DNA from: Amoebidium appalachense
Lineage: Eukaryota; Protista; Ichthyosporea
DNA length: 64,000 nt
Assembly (NCBI GenBank): GCA_963693365.1
Contig: CAVNZM010000011.1
Span: forward strand, 8,297,937-8,361,936
Direction: 5' to 3'
Shown here in pieces: positions 21,374 through 64,000 of the stretch (the first letter of the stretch is position 1; every line of letters begins with the position of its first letter). The position numbers and the translations under genes are program-made. The notes beneath the pieces were generated by a model. That model did not search any database and was not told where the DNA came from. It worked only from the letters and a program-made list of their open reading frames with translations.

Positions 21374-22284
21374 CCGAGACCCACCTCGGTTCTCTTTCTG
21401 GTCATGGTGCATACTGGTGGGCTTCTTAAATGTTGCTCTGTTTTGTTCATGCTGAATATGTACTTCGAAAAGGGAACATATTGATCTGCTTGTTCATGCT
21501 GAATTTGTACTTCGAAAAGGGAACATATTGATCTGCTTGTTCATGCTGAATTTGTACTTCGAAAAGGGAACATATTGATCTGCTTGTTCATGCTGAATTT
21601 GTACTTCGAAAAGGGAACATATTGATCTGCTTGTTCATGCTGAATTTGTACTTCGAAAAGGGAACATATTGATCTGCTTGTTCATGCTGAATTTGTACTT
21701 CGAAAAGGGAACATATTGATCTGCTTGTTCATGCTGAATTTGTACTTCGAAAAGGGAACATATTGATCTGCTTGTTCATGCTGAATTTGTACTTCGAAAA
21801 GGGAACATATTGATCTGCTTGTTCATGCTGAATTTGTACTTCGAAAAGGGAACATATTGATCTGCTTGTTCATGCTGAATTTGTACTTCGAAAAGGGAAC
21901 ATATTGATCTGCTTGTTCATGCTGAATTTGTACTTCGAAAAGGGATAATATTGATCTGCTTACACACTCCTCCGACCCCAACAAAACGGCGGCTAACAAC
22001 CCCCCCCCCTCTCCCCCCTCCCCCAGTGTCATTGCTGTCAAAAGTGGAAAAAAATACTTTCTAATGCTTTTCCATATTCTGAGCTCGAGGTTGCCTACTC
22101 TGGTTGTGTTTTTCTTAATTAATGAACCGGTGTTTTGGAAACAATGTTACTAGCATAATTGAACTGCCGTATTTTTGGGTATTGAAATTCTGACATTAAA
22201 CCCGGCTGGTAACATGCAGGTTGGGCGAGCCCCACGTGACTGGAGTGGTGGTTGCAGACAAGACGGGCCTATGTTTGGATGGTG

Positions 22285-22329
<45 letters not shown>

Positions 22330-23831
22330 TGTGTGTCTGTGTCTGTGTCTGTGTGTGTGTGTGTGTGCGTGCGCGCGCGTGCGCGTACCTGTGTGTGTAC
22401 CTGTGTATACTTGGATGTGGTGTGTGTGTGTGTACTCGTACACGTGTGTATGAGGGTGTATATGGCTGTGCCTTTGTGTATGTGTATGTGTGTACGTGTA
22501 TTCGGTGGGTGTATCTGTGTATTTGTGTGTGCTTTGTGTACTTGTTTGTGCACATGTGTTCCTTTGACTGATCGATGTGAAGATGTGAATTTTCTCTCCC
22601 CCCCCCCCTCCCCCCCCTCCCCCCCCTCTCCTCCCCTCCTCCCCCCCCCCTTCTTCCCCCCTCTCCTTGCCTCCTCTCTACCTCCCCCCACTTCTCGTGC
22701 TCATCCCCCCCCCCCCCCCCCCCCCCCCCCCCCACCTCCTTCCCCCCCGCTGGTGCCCGGCCCCCTCACTCCCTCTCCTTGCCAGCTCTATCTACCTCCT
22801 TCTTCCCTTTACACTTACATGTTGTCTCGTTCTCTGATACATGGTATGTGGTGGCATGTGTATTTGCCTGTCAGTTCGTTGATGGGTGAGGTGCTGTTGT
22901 GTTTACCCAAAGATGTGTGTGTGTGGAAAGACATGTCAAATCTTACTTGCTTTTCGAAGATTGTCCTACTTTTTTCCACGGGGTGTGGGGCCCGAGGCGG
23001 CATCCCCCCAGGAAGGAGGGGGGGGGGGGGGGGGGGGGGAGGAGAGGGGGGGGGGGGGGGGTGGGGAGGGGGGGGAGGAGGGGTGGAGGGGGGAGGGCAG
23101 GGGGTGCGGAGGAGGGGGCGGCGGCTGACATAGGAGGCCAAGAAGGGACACATGAAAAACGTAGAAGGTGGCGTAGAAGGTGACGGAAAACACGCACCAG
23201 ATGAGATAGGCAGCCAAATATAATGCACTAATAAACTTCTTTTATTCTTAACTAATAGATTTTAAAATCAGCACGAGGTACTGCCACCCCGGACTCCAGC
23301 GGCTACATTGCGTCTATGCTTTCTCGCTCCCAGGCTCTCAGTCCAAACAATCAACCGGCTGTAATCACTATTGAGTCGGATAGCTCGTAAGACGCCCCCC
23401 CCCCCCCCCCCCCCCCTTCCACCCCCCTATACTTGAATGTTTGCCTTTGCATGTGTCCTGCACCATGCTTCTCATCGTGTCTGCGTACTTCGTACCGTGT
23501 TCCGCATTCAACCCCCCCCTCCCCCCCCCCCCCCCCCCCTCCCTCCCCCCTCCCCCTTCCTCCTCCCCCCTCCTCCTCGCTCCCTTCCTTGAATTATTCT
23601 CCTTGGGATCTGGAGGGGGCAGCCCTACATACATCACACACACAAACACACATGCAAGCCTCGGCGTTCACATACACACACGACATGTACATCACACACG
23701 CAACACAACGCGTATGCATCCACGCACAACACATCCACACACACACACACACACACACACTCTAATACTGCACATACACCCACACCCGTGTGCACGTGCA
23801 ACACATGCACACACCCACGCACGCACACACG

Positions 23832-23875
<44 letters not shown>

Positions 23876-24784
23876 CTTCCGAGTTGGGTTTCGTATACGA
23901 GGCGGATGGGTCGAAATTCGGGTACTCTGTTTGACTTGAAACCCCCCTCCCCCCACCCCGGCCCCCGAGGGTGGGCTCTGCTTGTGATCCATTTATTTCG
24001 TGTGTGCTATACAAAATATGCATCGTGTTGGGCCCTTTGTGGAAATTGTACCTCTCACTCTGTAGCACATCCCCCCCCGCCTCCCTCCCCCCCCTTTCCC
24101 CTCCCCCACACACGCACACACACACACACCACCACCACCGCCACCACCACCACCGCCACCGCCACCAGTTTTTTTTTGTTCCCCCCTTTCTCCCCCCCCC
24201 CCCCTCCTTTTTTCCATTACATTTTGATGACGTTTTGTGCGCTGTCTTGTGATGCCTCCTTCACCATATATCCAACCCTTCAATGCTTATATAATCCCCA
24301 TTATGGATTTCCCATTTTGTGACGTTTTGTTGATGCTCGTTGTTGTCTCCTCCATATTTCCAACCCTCTAACGCATACGTACACCCCCCCCCCCCCCCTC
24401 CCCCCCTCCCCCCCCTCCCCCCTCCCCCCGTCCCCCACCCTCCTCTCCTTCCCCTCTCCCCGGTGGGCGGCTCATTATCACCACGGCCATCACCACCCTT
24501 TTGGAGATCCTGGGTTTGCACATCACTTAACTCCGCACCTGCCCCTCCATACCACTTTCGTTTGTTTTTCAGGACATTTTTCTAATTCATTCCATCCACC
24601 ATGGTCAGTCTACACACAAATTGAACACGCGCGCATGGACACACAAGCATGCATGCACACATATGCGTATAACACACAAACATGCACATGCACGCATCAC
24701 ACACACACACACACAAGCATTTGCACACTGATATTCGCAGACGGCGCACGCAGGCACACACACATGTGCGAACTCACGCGCACG

Positions 24785-24850
<66 letters not shown>

Positions 24851-24910
24851 ACGGTGCTACTGAAGCAAAAAGATGGGTTTTCCTTGGGCATCATCAAAGC
24901 TTCTTCTTAA
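20302..24910 (+). CDS. LAMTOR5: Ragulator subunit LAMTOR5 (HBXIP), 4 coding exons, 90 aa
   Basis: Exons 20302-20336, 22220-22281, 23272-23386 and 24850-24910 (273 nt, in phase) give MEDGLRKHLDGLLGEPHVTGVVVADKTGLCLDARGTATPDSSGYIASMLSRSQALSPNNQPAVITIESDSSTVLLKQKDGFSLGIIKASS. This is collinear with animal LAMTOR5 (roadblock fold). The ORF track does not show it as one protein. Confidence 0.88.
21447..21961. repeat. 47-bp minisatellite, ~11 near-identical copies, in LAMTOR5 intron 1
   Basis: Unit TCATGCTGAATTTGTACTTCGAAAAGGGAACATATTGATCTGCTTGT repeats with a 47-nt period and no spacers. Confidence 0.97.
23881..24382 (-). mobile_element. Copy of the dispersed tripartite (A-B-C) intronic repeat family
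   Basis: The reverse complement contains ATGCGTTAGAGGGTTGGAAATATGGAGG (A) and AGAGCCC...GTACCCGAATTTCGACCCA...CGAAACCCAACTC (C), in the same order as 38570-38881. Confidence 0.65.
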
Positions 24911-25637
24911 GAATTATTTTTCGTGTTTTTCTTATTTACTTTTTTTTTTCTCCTTGTTTGTTTGTTTTCTCTCCCTCTTTCTCTCTGTCTCTCTGTGTGT
25001 GTGCTTCCCGGCTCTGCGGTGGTGCGATGTGCACGCTCCTTTAGGGCTTTAGATTAGCGATAGAATAACCAAGTGGGATATTGATATTATTTATCTGGAA
25101 TACTTGGAATCTGGGAGCCTTGCCCTGTATACCCTGTTGAAAACACTTGATGCACTTTATGTGAACACACCTATGCGGAAAATTTTTTTTTCCTATTTGA
25201 GTGAGACCACAAGAACAATGTACGGGATACAATTGGGCGATGTTGCTTGCTGGCTCACTGTGCACTTTGAAATTGGGGGGGGGGGGGATGCTGGCTGCAA
25301 ATGCACATGGCCCTCGCTAAGCCCGGTGCCGTTTCTTTAATCCGTGACTGCATCTTACACGCCATCACTTGAGTCCTAGAAAATTGCAGGCCCAACTGCG
25401 TTGCTACGAACTGTATTCGCGAAGGAAAAGAGTCGGTGTTATGCTGAAGACACACGGCTGTGTGCCCGACCCTGTGTGTTGTGTGTGCGTGTGTATTTGA
25501 TTATTCCTGGGTATGCGTGTGTTTACAAGATTTGTGTACACATTTTGGGTCCCAAACGCCTTACAACTTGGTTGTTAGTCTAAAGTCCCGCGAACACACG
25601 TGAGTGGGCGAGGCTCAGCGGCGGCGGCGCTTGCATG

Positions 25638-26920
25638 CAGGGTTCGAAGTTACGAAAAAAAATCGGAATTTCCGATATTTGAAAACACAGTTCCGAAAAT
25701 CGTCCCGGCCGAATCGGAGTGCCAGAGAGCCCCCCCCCCCCTCCCCCCCCCCCCCCCCCCCCGCCCGGGGGAAGCTTCTCATGACTTCGCAGGTCTCATC
25801 ATACACGGGGCATACACCACCCACACAAGCTGCACACGTACGTACGTGTCTCCCTGTCCCTGTAGAATGTTCAATGGCAGACCCTGACTACAGCGCCAGC
25901 CTAGCACATGTACATGTTGTCACACCAAACACATTTATGCACACACCCACGCGCACACACACACACACACACACACAGACACACACACACACAGCCGTGA
26001 CACCATATATGCATCATAGCCATGCATGGCCACATGAAATACAATGCATATGCCTAAACATGGAATGGATCTAGATGCTCAGAGTCGACGGCCACCAGGT
26101 GCAGGTGCCACATGTATCACGATCAGTGGCAAGCGTCTTAAATGGCAGGCAATACACACACTGTGCACCACTGTGTTCCGTTCAAAGACACACATGCACA
26201 TACATACACAGCCGTGACACCACACATGTGACTTAGGCTAGTACACGTACACAGGCACATACTATCTCAGATCATGATAACTGTATTACAAACGTGCACA
26301 TGCATCCACCCTGTACAATCACATGCTATGCACCCACACCCACACACACACACACACACACACGCTTACACTGCACACACACACCATGTACACGGCGCAC
26401 GCACACACACGTGCACCCCGTGGCACACACACACACACACACAAACACACACATAACACACACAAGAAACCGTTGTTACAAACACACACACCCACACTGG
26501 CATGTACACACACATACGTATACACAGACACACACACCCTGCATACATACACACCACACTGCACACACTACAACACACATACATACACACACTGTACCGT
26601 ATGATATATACACACACACCATAATTATAACCGTGGACACAAAACACACACACACATGCACACAATGTCATGCACACACACACACACAAGCACACACACA
26701 TACACACACATGGCACACGTGCACATGTGCACACATGCACACAACATAGACACAAACACACCGATTACCGCTGACACAAATACACACACCCACACCTGTA
26801 CACATACACACAGACACACACACCGTGCATACATACCCACCACACACACACACACACAATTGCAAAGAAAAATACTTACACACACACAAACACAAACACA
26901 ACCACCCAACGTGATTTTCT

Positions 26921-26952
<32 letters not shown>

Positions 26953-28550
26953 CCCGCCCCCCTCCTCCCCCCCCCCCCAAACATTCGATTTCTGCCTGAG
27001 CTTCCCATGTTGCTGCCTCAACTCACCTCCCCCCCCCCCCCCCCCCCCCCCCTCCCTCCCTCCCCTCCCCTCCACCAGAATTTTTAAATAAAAACAAGGG
27101 ACACTACTTGACGGTTACTAGGTGCTGGTGTGTTGTCAGAGATCCGATTTGTTTGAAGGGGTTACACATTTTGCACCCTGTTCCAGTCAAAAGCCAGGAA
27201 ATCTGCCAGAGCCGTCTTTTGGGCTGCTGCCTCAACCACCTGGGCCTTTTCCAGCTGCTCCTTGGCCCCTTCTACAGTCAACCCTTTCAGTTTGCCCTCT
27301 TTAACTAATTTCTTAGCCATTTTTTTCTGAAACTTAAGCTCAGCTTTCACGTGCTTCACATCTGCCTCTCTATCCGGCCCATTCATGGCTATCATGAGCT
27401 GATTGTGCACTGTCTGTGTTGTCATACGTGCTTTGAGAGAAGTCTTACTATGATGATATTCACACCAGGGAAGCCACGTTCACTTGTTGCATTACTACAG
27501 TAATTGGGATTATTCTCACAATGTTCACCAACTCAAGTACAGCAGCACAAATGATTGCAAAGTTTCTATCTTACAGAGATCGGCCCATGCCTCGTTCCGA
27601 GACCTATATTCAACAGGTACATTTTCAACTTTAACCTCAAGGAGATGCCGGTGCTCAAAGATAATTTGTTTGGCACGTGGCCACTGATCTATCACATCTT
27701 CGGCGGCAAGTGGGGGTAAATAATTTGTTCCGCCCACTGTTTTAACAGACCCATAGAACTCAGCGAGCACTCTAATCTTGTCGTTTCCGTATACTTCGAG
27801 ACTGCTTTTGGTAATGGGGAACTTCGATGGAACAAACACGTCCATAGCCTCAGTGCACTCGTCCGAGGGGAATCGGTTTTGCAAGTTATCCATGAGTGCT
27901 TGCACGTATTTGTACATGTGATCCGAGACAACCGAGCAAACATCCTGCATCGTTTGCATGGGAGGTATGTGCATCCGGTGTTCTTTGTACACTACTTTGT
28001 TTTGGCAAATGGTAGCCTTGCAAAACGTCATAAGGTTGGCACCCCCCTCCGTTCCGTACGTGGTATTGCGACCAAAATACTGTTCTTCGAGCTTCAAATA
28101 AAAGAAAATGCGTGCACTGGGAAAAAATAAGGCCACGTGCACGGACACAGTGACACACACAGGAACTAGATACATATGCACACATAGTATATCCTCATAT
28201 ACACTGGCACTGCCGCACATATGTGTGAGAGGACGTGACCGTACGTATATACGTAGACAAAATGTATATATATATTGTGCATTAATGCACTTCATATTTC
28301 CCTTTTATTCCTTCAAAGCTTCAACTGCCAACACCAGGAAGGCCTCTAATAACCACAGGGGTTTTTGAGTATGCATTATAATTACATCTAGATGCAATAT
28401 AGGCACAAATAAGCATGCCCTAGTTTACTGATGCGCGACGATTACGATTTTTGGTGGGCCTGCTCCGACGGAGCACTGTGATTTTCGAAGAGGTTTTCCG
28501 AAACGGGATTTCGACTTCCGTTAATGGGCTCCACCGTCCTTCGAACCCTG
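25638..28550 (-). mobile_element. hAT-superfamily DNA transposon, internally deleted and non-autonomous
   Basis: 12-bp TIRs CAGGGTTCGAAG (25638-25649) and CTTCGAACCCTG (28539-28550); perfect 8-bp TSD CTTGCATG (25630-25637 and 28551-28558); transposase remnant inside. Confidence 0.92.
27162..28100 (-). pseudogene. C-terminal part of a ZNF862-like hAT transposase, frameshifted
   Basis: YVQALMDNLQNRFP..MDVFVP..YGNDKIRVLAEFY, then the hATC dimerisation motif SNATSERGF..KTSLKARMTTQTVHNQLMIAMNGP, split over frames at ~27400-27550. Confidence 0.85.
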
Positions 28551-29035
28551 CTTGCATGTCTAGCTGCTTGCATGTGAGGCCCATGGAGGGGAATTTTCCC
28601 GCCAAAAATTTCCGGCCTTTAGTCTGAGCGGCTGACGTCATCTTTCTACTGACCATAATAATCATAGCAGTCGTTGAAGTCTACGTTCCTGAGACTTGAC
28701 CAGCTCTTTTTTTTCTCTCTCTCGATGCTCGAGCTCACGGCAGCGTGAAGGTACTTTCATTGTTAGACTTCCCCCCTTAGAGTAAGTCATCAGCTCAGTG
28801 ACCCGTGGCCTGTCACCGCCCATTTTCTTCCTTCCCCACAGCTTTTCAACCTACTTCGTATTATTCAGTGCACGTGAGAAGGATGAGAAGGGACGGCCCT
28901 TTCTTTACTAGCGAGACATAACCGTTTTCTTTCAGAAAAATAGTTACATTTCTCACCTCTTCAGGTAATAGAACAATAACAGGGCTCCACCGCAGTCACC
29001 ACAACTCCCAACCCATCTCATTTCTTGTCTCCGCC

Positions 29036-34193
<5,158 letters not shown>

Positions 34194-34388
34194 GGTTGTA
34201 ACTGGGATATCGATGCTGATAGAGAAATCATACTTTGTGCATATGAAAATATGACCACGATTGTAGTACCAACGAGTGAGTATGCTATTACACAGACTAA
34301 TGCTATTACACAGACTAAAATTTTCAATTCGGATTATGAAGCTGAAGTTAGTTTATTAAATATAATCAATTCCAGGCCAGTCGTGGGT

Positions 34389-34439
<51 letters not shown>

Positions 34440-34479
34440 ACCACCAAACACACACACACACATGAAAAAAAAAAAAAAC

Positions 34480-34514
<35 letters not shown>

Positions 34515-35139
34515 CACACACACACACACGTGCACACGCGCGCGCACGTGCGCACACACACCGTACACACACACTGACACACACCCTCGCACACCCACCC
34601 ACATGCATGCGCGCGCACACAGACTCTGATCATGGTGCGTGCACACACACACAGATCCTAGCTCGTGGTAGAGTCCTAACCTCCCCCCCCCTCCCCCCCA
34701 ATAAATAAGTGGGTGGGACAGGGAAGACTTTGGGGGGCCCCAGGAGGGGGAAAAAGGGGGGGGGGGGGGGGCTTACAGCACGCACACACGCACGCATGCA
34801 CACACACACGCACGCACGCGCGCACGCACGCACGCATGCATGCATGCGCACGCGCGCACACACCCCCACAATCATATACGTGCCCACCTCTCACAGTGTC
34901 ATTTGTTACATTAACGCCATCCCCATCCTGTAAGGTTGGCTCATAGCACATTGCCTGAACTGATAGTGTGCAAATAATAATTTGTTCGACAGCTAAAGTT
35001 TAAACAGAACAAAGCCAAAGAACATAAAAAACTCCTACAAGCATCACCTGATGTATAATTGCTCCTATTGTCAATCATTATACACAGGTCTCAGATTGTG
35101 TAAATGCCTAAACTCATGGTAGCTTTCTGCTTTTCGTGA

Positions 35140-35238
<99 letters not shown>

Positions 35239-35429
35239 ATCTTGTGTGCGAATGTCATGCATGTGTTTGCGTCTATGTGTGTGTGTGTGTGTGCATGTGT
35301 GTGTGTGTGTGTGTGTGTGTGTGGATGTTCATGTGGGTGCTTCAAATAACCGTTTGTGACGTCTAGCATACGTTGCATTAAAACCCGGAAAATCGGTGAC
35401 ATGCAATCAGTTCGAGGCATTATATCCAC

Positions 35430-60354
<24,925 letters not shown>

Positions 60355-62247
60355 CTCAACGAAAAGACAACCAATCGTATACCTTAATATTGTTAAATTA
60401 CTAAACTAACATACCTCCATACCGAACTATTGTTCTCAGACTGGCCTTTCTTCAGCTTGGCAAAAGAAAATGGCCCGAAGATGCGGGTATATACGCAGGC
60501 AATGCTGTTTCACATGCACTAAGGAGCACACAGGGTAAGTTCCCGTTTTGAACTCTCCGTTGTGGGCTCGGTTACAAACCCTCGGAAAAGAGCCAACAGC
60601 CCTTTTCAATAAGAAACGAGATTCTGCAGCAGATGTGACACAAAACAAAAAACTACAGTTCATGTGCTTGCGAAGATTTCTACGTTCCAAACTGCCGCAA
60701 AGGGCCTGTTTGTGCGAAGAGAGAGAGGTGTCGAAAAACACTGCCGGGCGGGCAAGGCCTCTCGCGCAAACACGGGTTGTTACGTTTTTTGGCGCCAAAA
60801 TAAAATGGGTTGGCTCGACCCGCAGAAGGTTTGACCCGAAACAAATCCTGGATGGCGGTGGTGCAACCCCAAATGCGGCCCCAGATACTTCTTGGACAAC
60901 GGGAATTACGTTTTGTTATTTGGCATATCCTCTGACAAAAATCACTGAAAATTTCGTTTCTGTTTTTCTGGTGGCGTTGTCTGCTTGGATACCGGTTGTA
61001 ATTTAATAAAGCACTCAACGTTAGATATTTGTTTTTTTGATTTTTTCTGTTTTTTCTTTTACCCTATATATGCTGCACAAACACAACATAGTTTGTGAAC
61101 TTCCTTTCCATAAATTGGATATTTCAAGAATTGAATCTCAAATTATCACGCCATCTGCTGGCAATTTATGATTGGTGCTACTTGGACCAATCCGAGAAAC
61201 GGATCTATCTAGCGGTGCCGTTGGCCAAGCGTTGAAACACCGTTACAAACTTTTCACTTGAAATTTGTGTTCACAGTAGCACACAAAAGTCCTGGCGTAG
61301 AGGTTGCAAAATCAGTAGGAAATTCATCTAAGCCAAAATTTATGCGTTTGGGCTAAACATATCAACCGCTTTGTTTATTGTTTCACTCTTTGGTGGCACC
61401 ACTACAACAATACATGTACACTGTATATACAGCTGATCTCTGTCGGGCCGGGAAGCCGCCGATCACACAACCCTCTGCATTCTAAATTGGCGCCTGTTAG
61501 CTGTGCCACTTGCCAGTATACGACAAACCCCTATTTTGCGGGGGTTGACCGTTTTCTATGGTAATTTACACATGAGTTGTCAACAAAATGCATGGTACTG
61601 ATTTGCTTCACCGATTTTTAAGCGTGTGGGTACCCTCGGCGAAGTGAGTGGTGGTGTGAAGTCACACCACCAACGTGAGTCATCCTGACCTATGGGTGCT
61701 AACTACCAATCAGAATGTTCCCTGATCGCCGATATTCCCGATAACAATGATCGAAACTATTGGTTAACTTGAGCCGGCCTAGTGATAATGCACAAACGGA
61801 CAAATTGTAAAACAGAAGTACATCGCGTATCACATGAGCATTATCCTAGGGAAAAAAACAGGAGAACAATATTAAAAAATTAATTTGTAGGTGTTTCATC
61901 TATTAAAAATGTCAAAAATGATATTAATTAATACTGGTAGTTTGCTGCCGACGGGCCGGTCCCCGGATGAATTCTTGAATCTTGAAACATAAACCGCTTT
62001 ATTATTGGCTAACGATCATTTTGCTGCCAGGTGCACATTTGTGAACGTTGTAAGCATCAAAAGGCTCATACACTCGCCATTACGTGTACCTGCGTATACG
62101 TAAAAGTTTTCGTTTTAATAGGCCTTTTAGATGCTTGTGCTCTAGGGGTTTTTTTTATGGTTTTGTTGTTCAAATAGCTTATTTTCCTAGTTATTCAAGA
62201 GTTATTTCTTTTGAATTCTTGTTCCTACGTTTCAACATGCTTTAAGA

Positions 62248-63770
62248 ATGCAAGGCGGTAACGACATAAAGATGTTGGCGGGGGAGGAGTACAGCGATGT
62301 CCCTTCCCATCCAACATTTCGGAAGGATGAGAAGTTAGAACAATCTCATGCGGAGGGGCCTCTCATGGTTGATATAGGCCCGCACTCTGAAAGAAGCAGT
62401 GAAAGTTCGTTTGAGAGTGAGAGCTACGTGAATTCGGTCTCTTTTCTAGACCTGTTTAAATATGCCACTAAGCTCGAAAAGATAATGCTCATTACTTCGG
62501 TGTTTTTCTCTCTAGGGTTGGGTGCGCTAATGCCGTGCTTTACCATTCTTTTTGGTAGCATTTTGCAAGAGATGTCATCTCTTCTGGGTGGCGTAAACAT
62601 TCCCGCGCTTGTAAGTAACATAGGCATAGATTTGGACTTCAACACTATTATTGGTCAGCTGCAGAACCCAACGGCAGAATCGCTTTCCCCTCTTTTTTCC
62701 CAGATTCAAAAGGCAATCATCAACCTGTTTGGGCCCAACATCAGCGAAATGTTCAACGATTTCTGGCTTAGTATGGTTGGCCTTTTGGAAATTGGAAACT
62801 ATGCCCTAAACAAATTCGACTATTTAGACCGGGTTGTTGTTCAGGTTGCCATCGTTTTGACCCTCATGGGTTTCATGGGCTGCCTATGGGCGTTGGTGCA
62901 GAAAACGTTCGGTTTCGCGGTTGCACATCAAGTTTCCATGCGCCTACGTCGGCTTTACCTCCAATCGTCCCTACGCCAAGACATGACCTTTTTCGACATA
63001 CATCACCCAGGAGAGGTGTCTTCCCGTCTCTCAGGTGACTTGGCAACGATTGAACATGCACTCGGTGACACCCTGGGGGCGTTCTTTGTCTATTGTGGTG
63101 TGGCCCTTACCGGTTTCGCTGTTTCCTTCGCCTTCGGCTGGCAGTTGGCCCTGGCATGCATGGCCATGTCGCCGTTAATCGCTGGTGCCGGTGCGTTCAT
63201 GTCATACATCGCTTCGTTTTCAGCAGCTGAAAGCAGTAGCCGGTTGGCGAATGCAGGTGCGGTTGCCGAGGAGGCTCTATCTCTCATTCGCACTGTAATG
63301 GCTTTCGGGCGCCAACATACCGAGTCGATGAAATTTCGCAAAAAATTTGGACAGCGCTTACAGGCAGGGGCTACGTCGCAACGTCATTTTTGGCGCTGGG
63401 AGCGGTGCTTCCATGTTTATCATTCTTGGGGCGAATGCATGGGGGAATGTGGTATGCAAACGAGCTCGTTACGGCAGAGGTTTTGGATGCTGGCCAGGTT
63501 TTGACCGTATTTTTTGCCTCCATCATGGCTTCTTTGGCGGTTGGGCAAACATTCGGATGTTTGGAGGTTTTCGCGAAAGCGCGCGGCGCGGCGTATGGCG
63601 TGTATGAGACGATTGAGCGGGTGCCAGAGATTGATTCCTTGGGCACGGAGGGCGAGAGTTTAGAGGAGGTGAAGGGAGAGATCAGGTTTACTGATGTTAC
63701 GTTTGGATATAAGACCTCACGGCCCGTGTTGTATAACTTGAACCTCCACGTGAAGCCGGGCCAGACTGTG
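62248..63770 (+). CDS. ABCB1: ABC transporter subfamily B (MDR/P-glycoprotein), first TMD and start of NBD1; continues beyond the window
   Basis: VSFLDLFKYAT, ALMPCFTILFG, LRQDMTFFD, GEVSSRLSGD, GWQLAL, AGAVAEEALSLIRTVMAFG, AKARGAAYGVYETIERVPEIDS, GEIRFTDVTFGY..RP..VKPGQTV. Two frameshifts in homopolymers (~63340 and ~63440); probable donor at ~63771. Confidence 0.9.
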
Positions 63771-63796
63771 GTAGGTGTTTTTTTTTTTTTTTTTGT

Positions 63797-63831
<35 letters not shown>

Positions 63832-64000
63832 AAAGGCTGGGGGGGGAAGGGGGGAAGGGGCCGGGGGTGGGGGGGGGCATGTAGTGAGGGGGAGGGGGGA
63901 GGGGGCGGGGGACATTGGGTATTAGAGCTAAACTAAGATAGCTAGGGGAATTTGTGCACTTATATGGACGGAGAAAGGGAAGCTGGGTGTTTCGTGGGTG

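Noticed and set aside
21447-21961. 47-bp array as a CRISPR array
   Set aside because: Head-to-tail identical units with no unique spacers, eukaryotic intron, no cas genes.
60436-61018. Several 110-150-aa ORFs upstream of SMARCC
   Set aside because: No recognisable domains; probably 5' UTR, intron or promoter of SMARCC, whose true start could not be fixed.

Overview
Eukaryotic genomic DNA with many introns packed with (CA/GT)n, (CT/GA)n and poly-G/poly-C tracts. Nearly all ORFs in the supplied track are microsatellite artefacts; the real genes are spliced and were assembled by hand. Gene content suggests a unicellular holozoan or other non-fungal opisthokont (inference only). Left to right: (1) a degenerate DIRS/Ngaro-type tyrosine recombinase followed by a ~475-bp hairpin-rich segment bracketed by a 20-bp direct repeat; (2) a 12-exon PKA regulatory subunit (+); (3) TMF1 golgin (-), head-to-head with (4) LAMTOR5 (+); (5) an internally deleted hAT transposon with intact 12-bp TIRs and 8-bp TSD; (6) a disrupted KCTD-like BTB gene whose intron holds a 5'-truncated LINE ending in (CA)~70; (7) a ~25-kb SMARCC/Swi3 gene (-) combining the animal-type N-terminal module with a fungal/plant-type ZZ-like finger; (8) the 5' part of an ABCB1/MDR transporter (+). 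Dispersed small repeat families and tandem arrays are also present. The most interesting signals are the structured segment next to the recombinase, splice acceptors lacking polypyrimidine tracts in introns with complementary repeats, and repeated tandem duplications at splice junctions.
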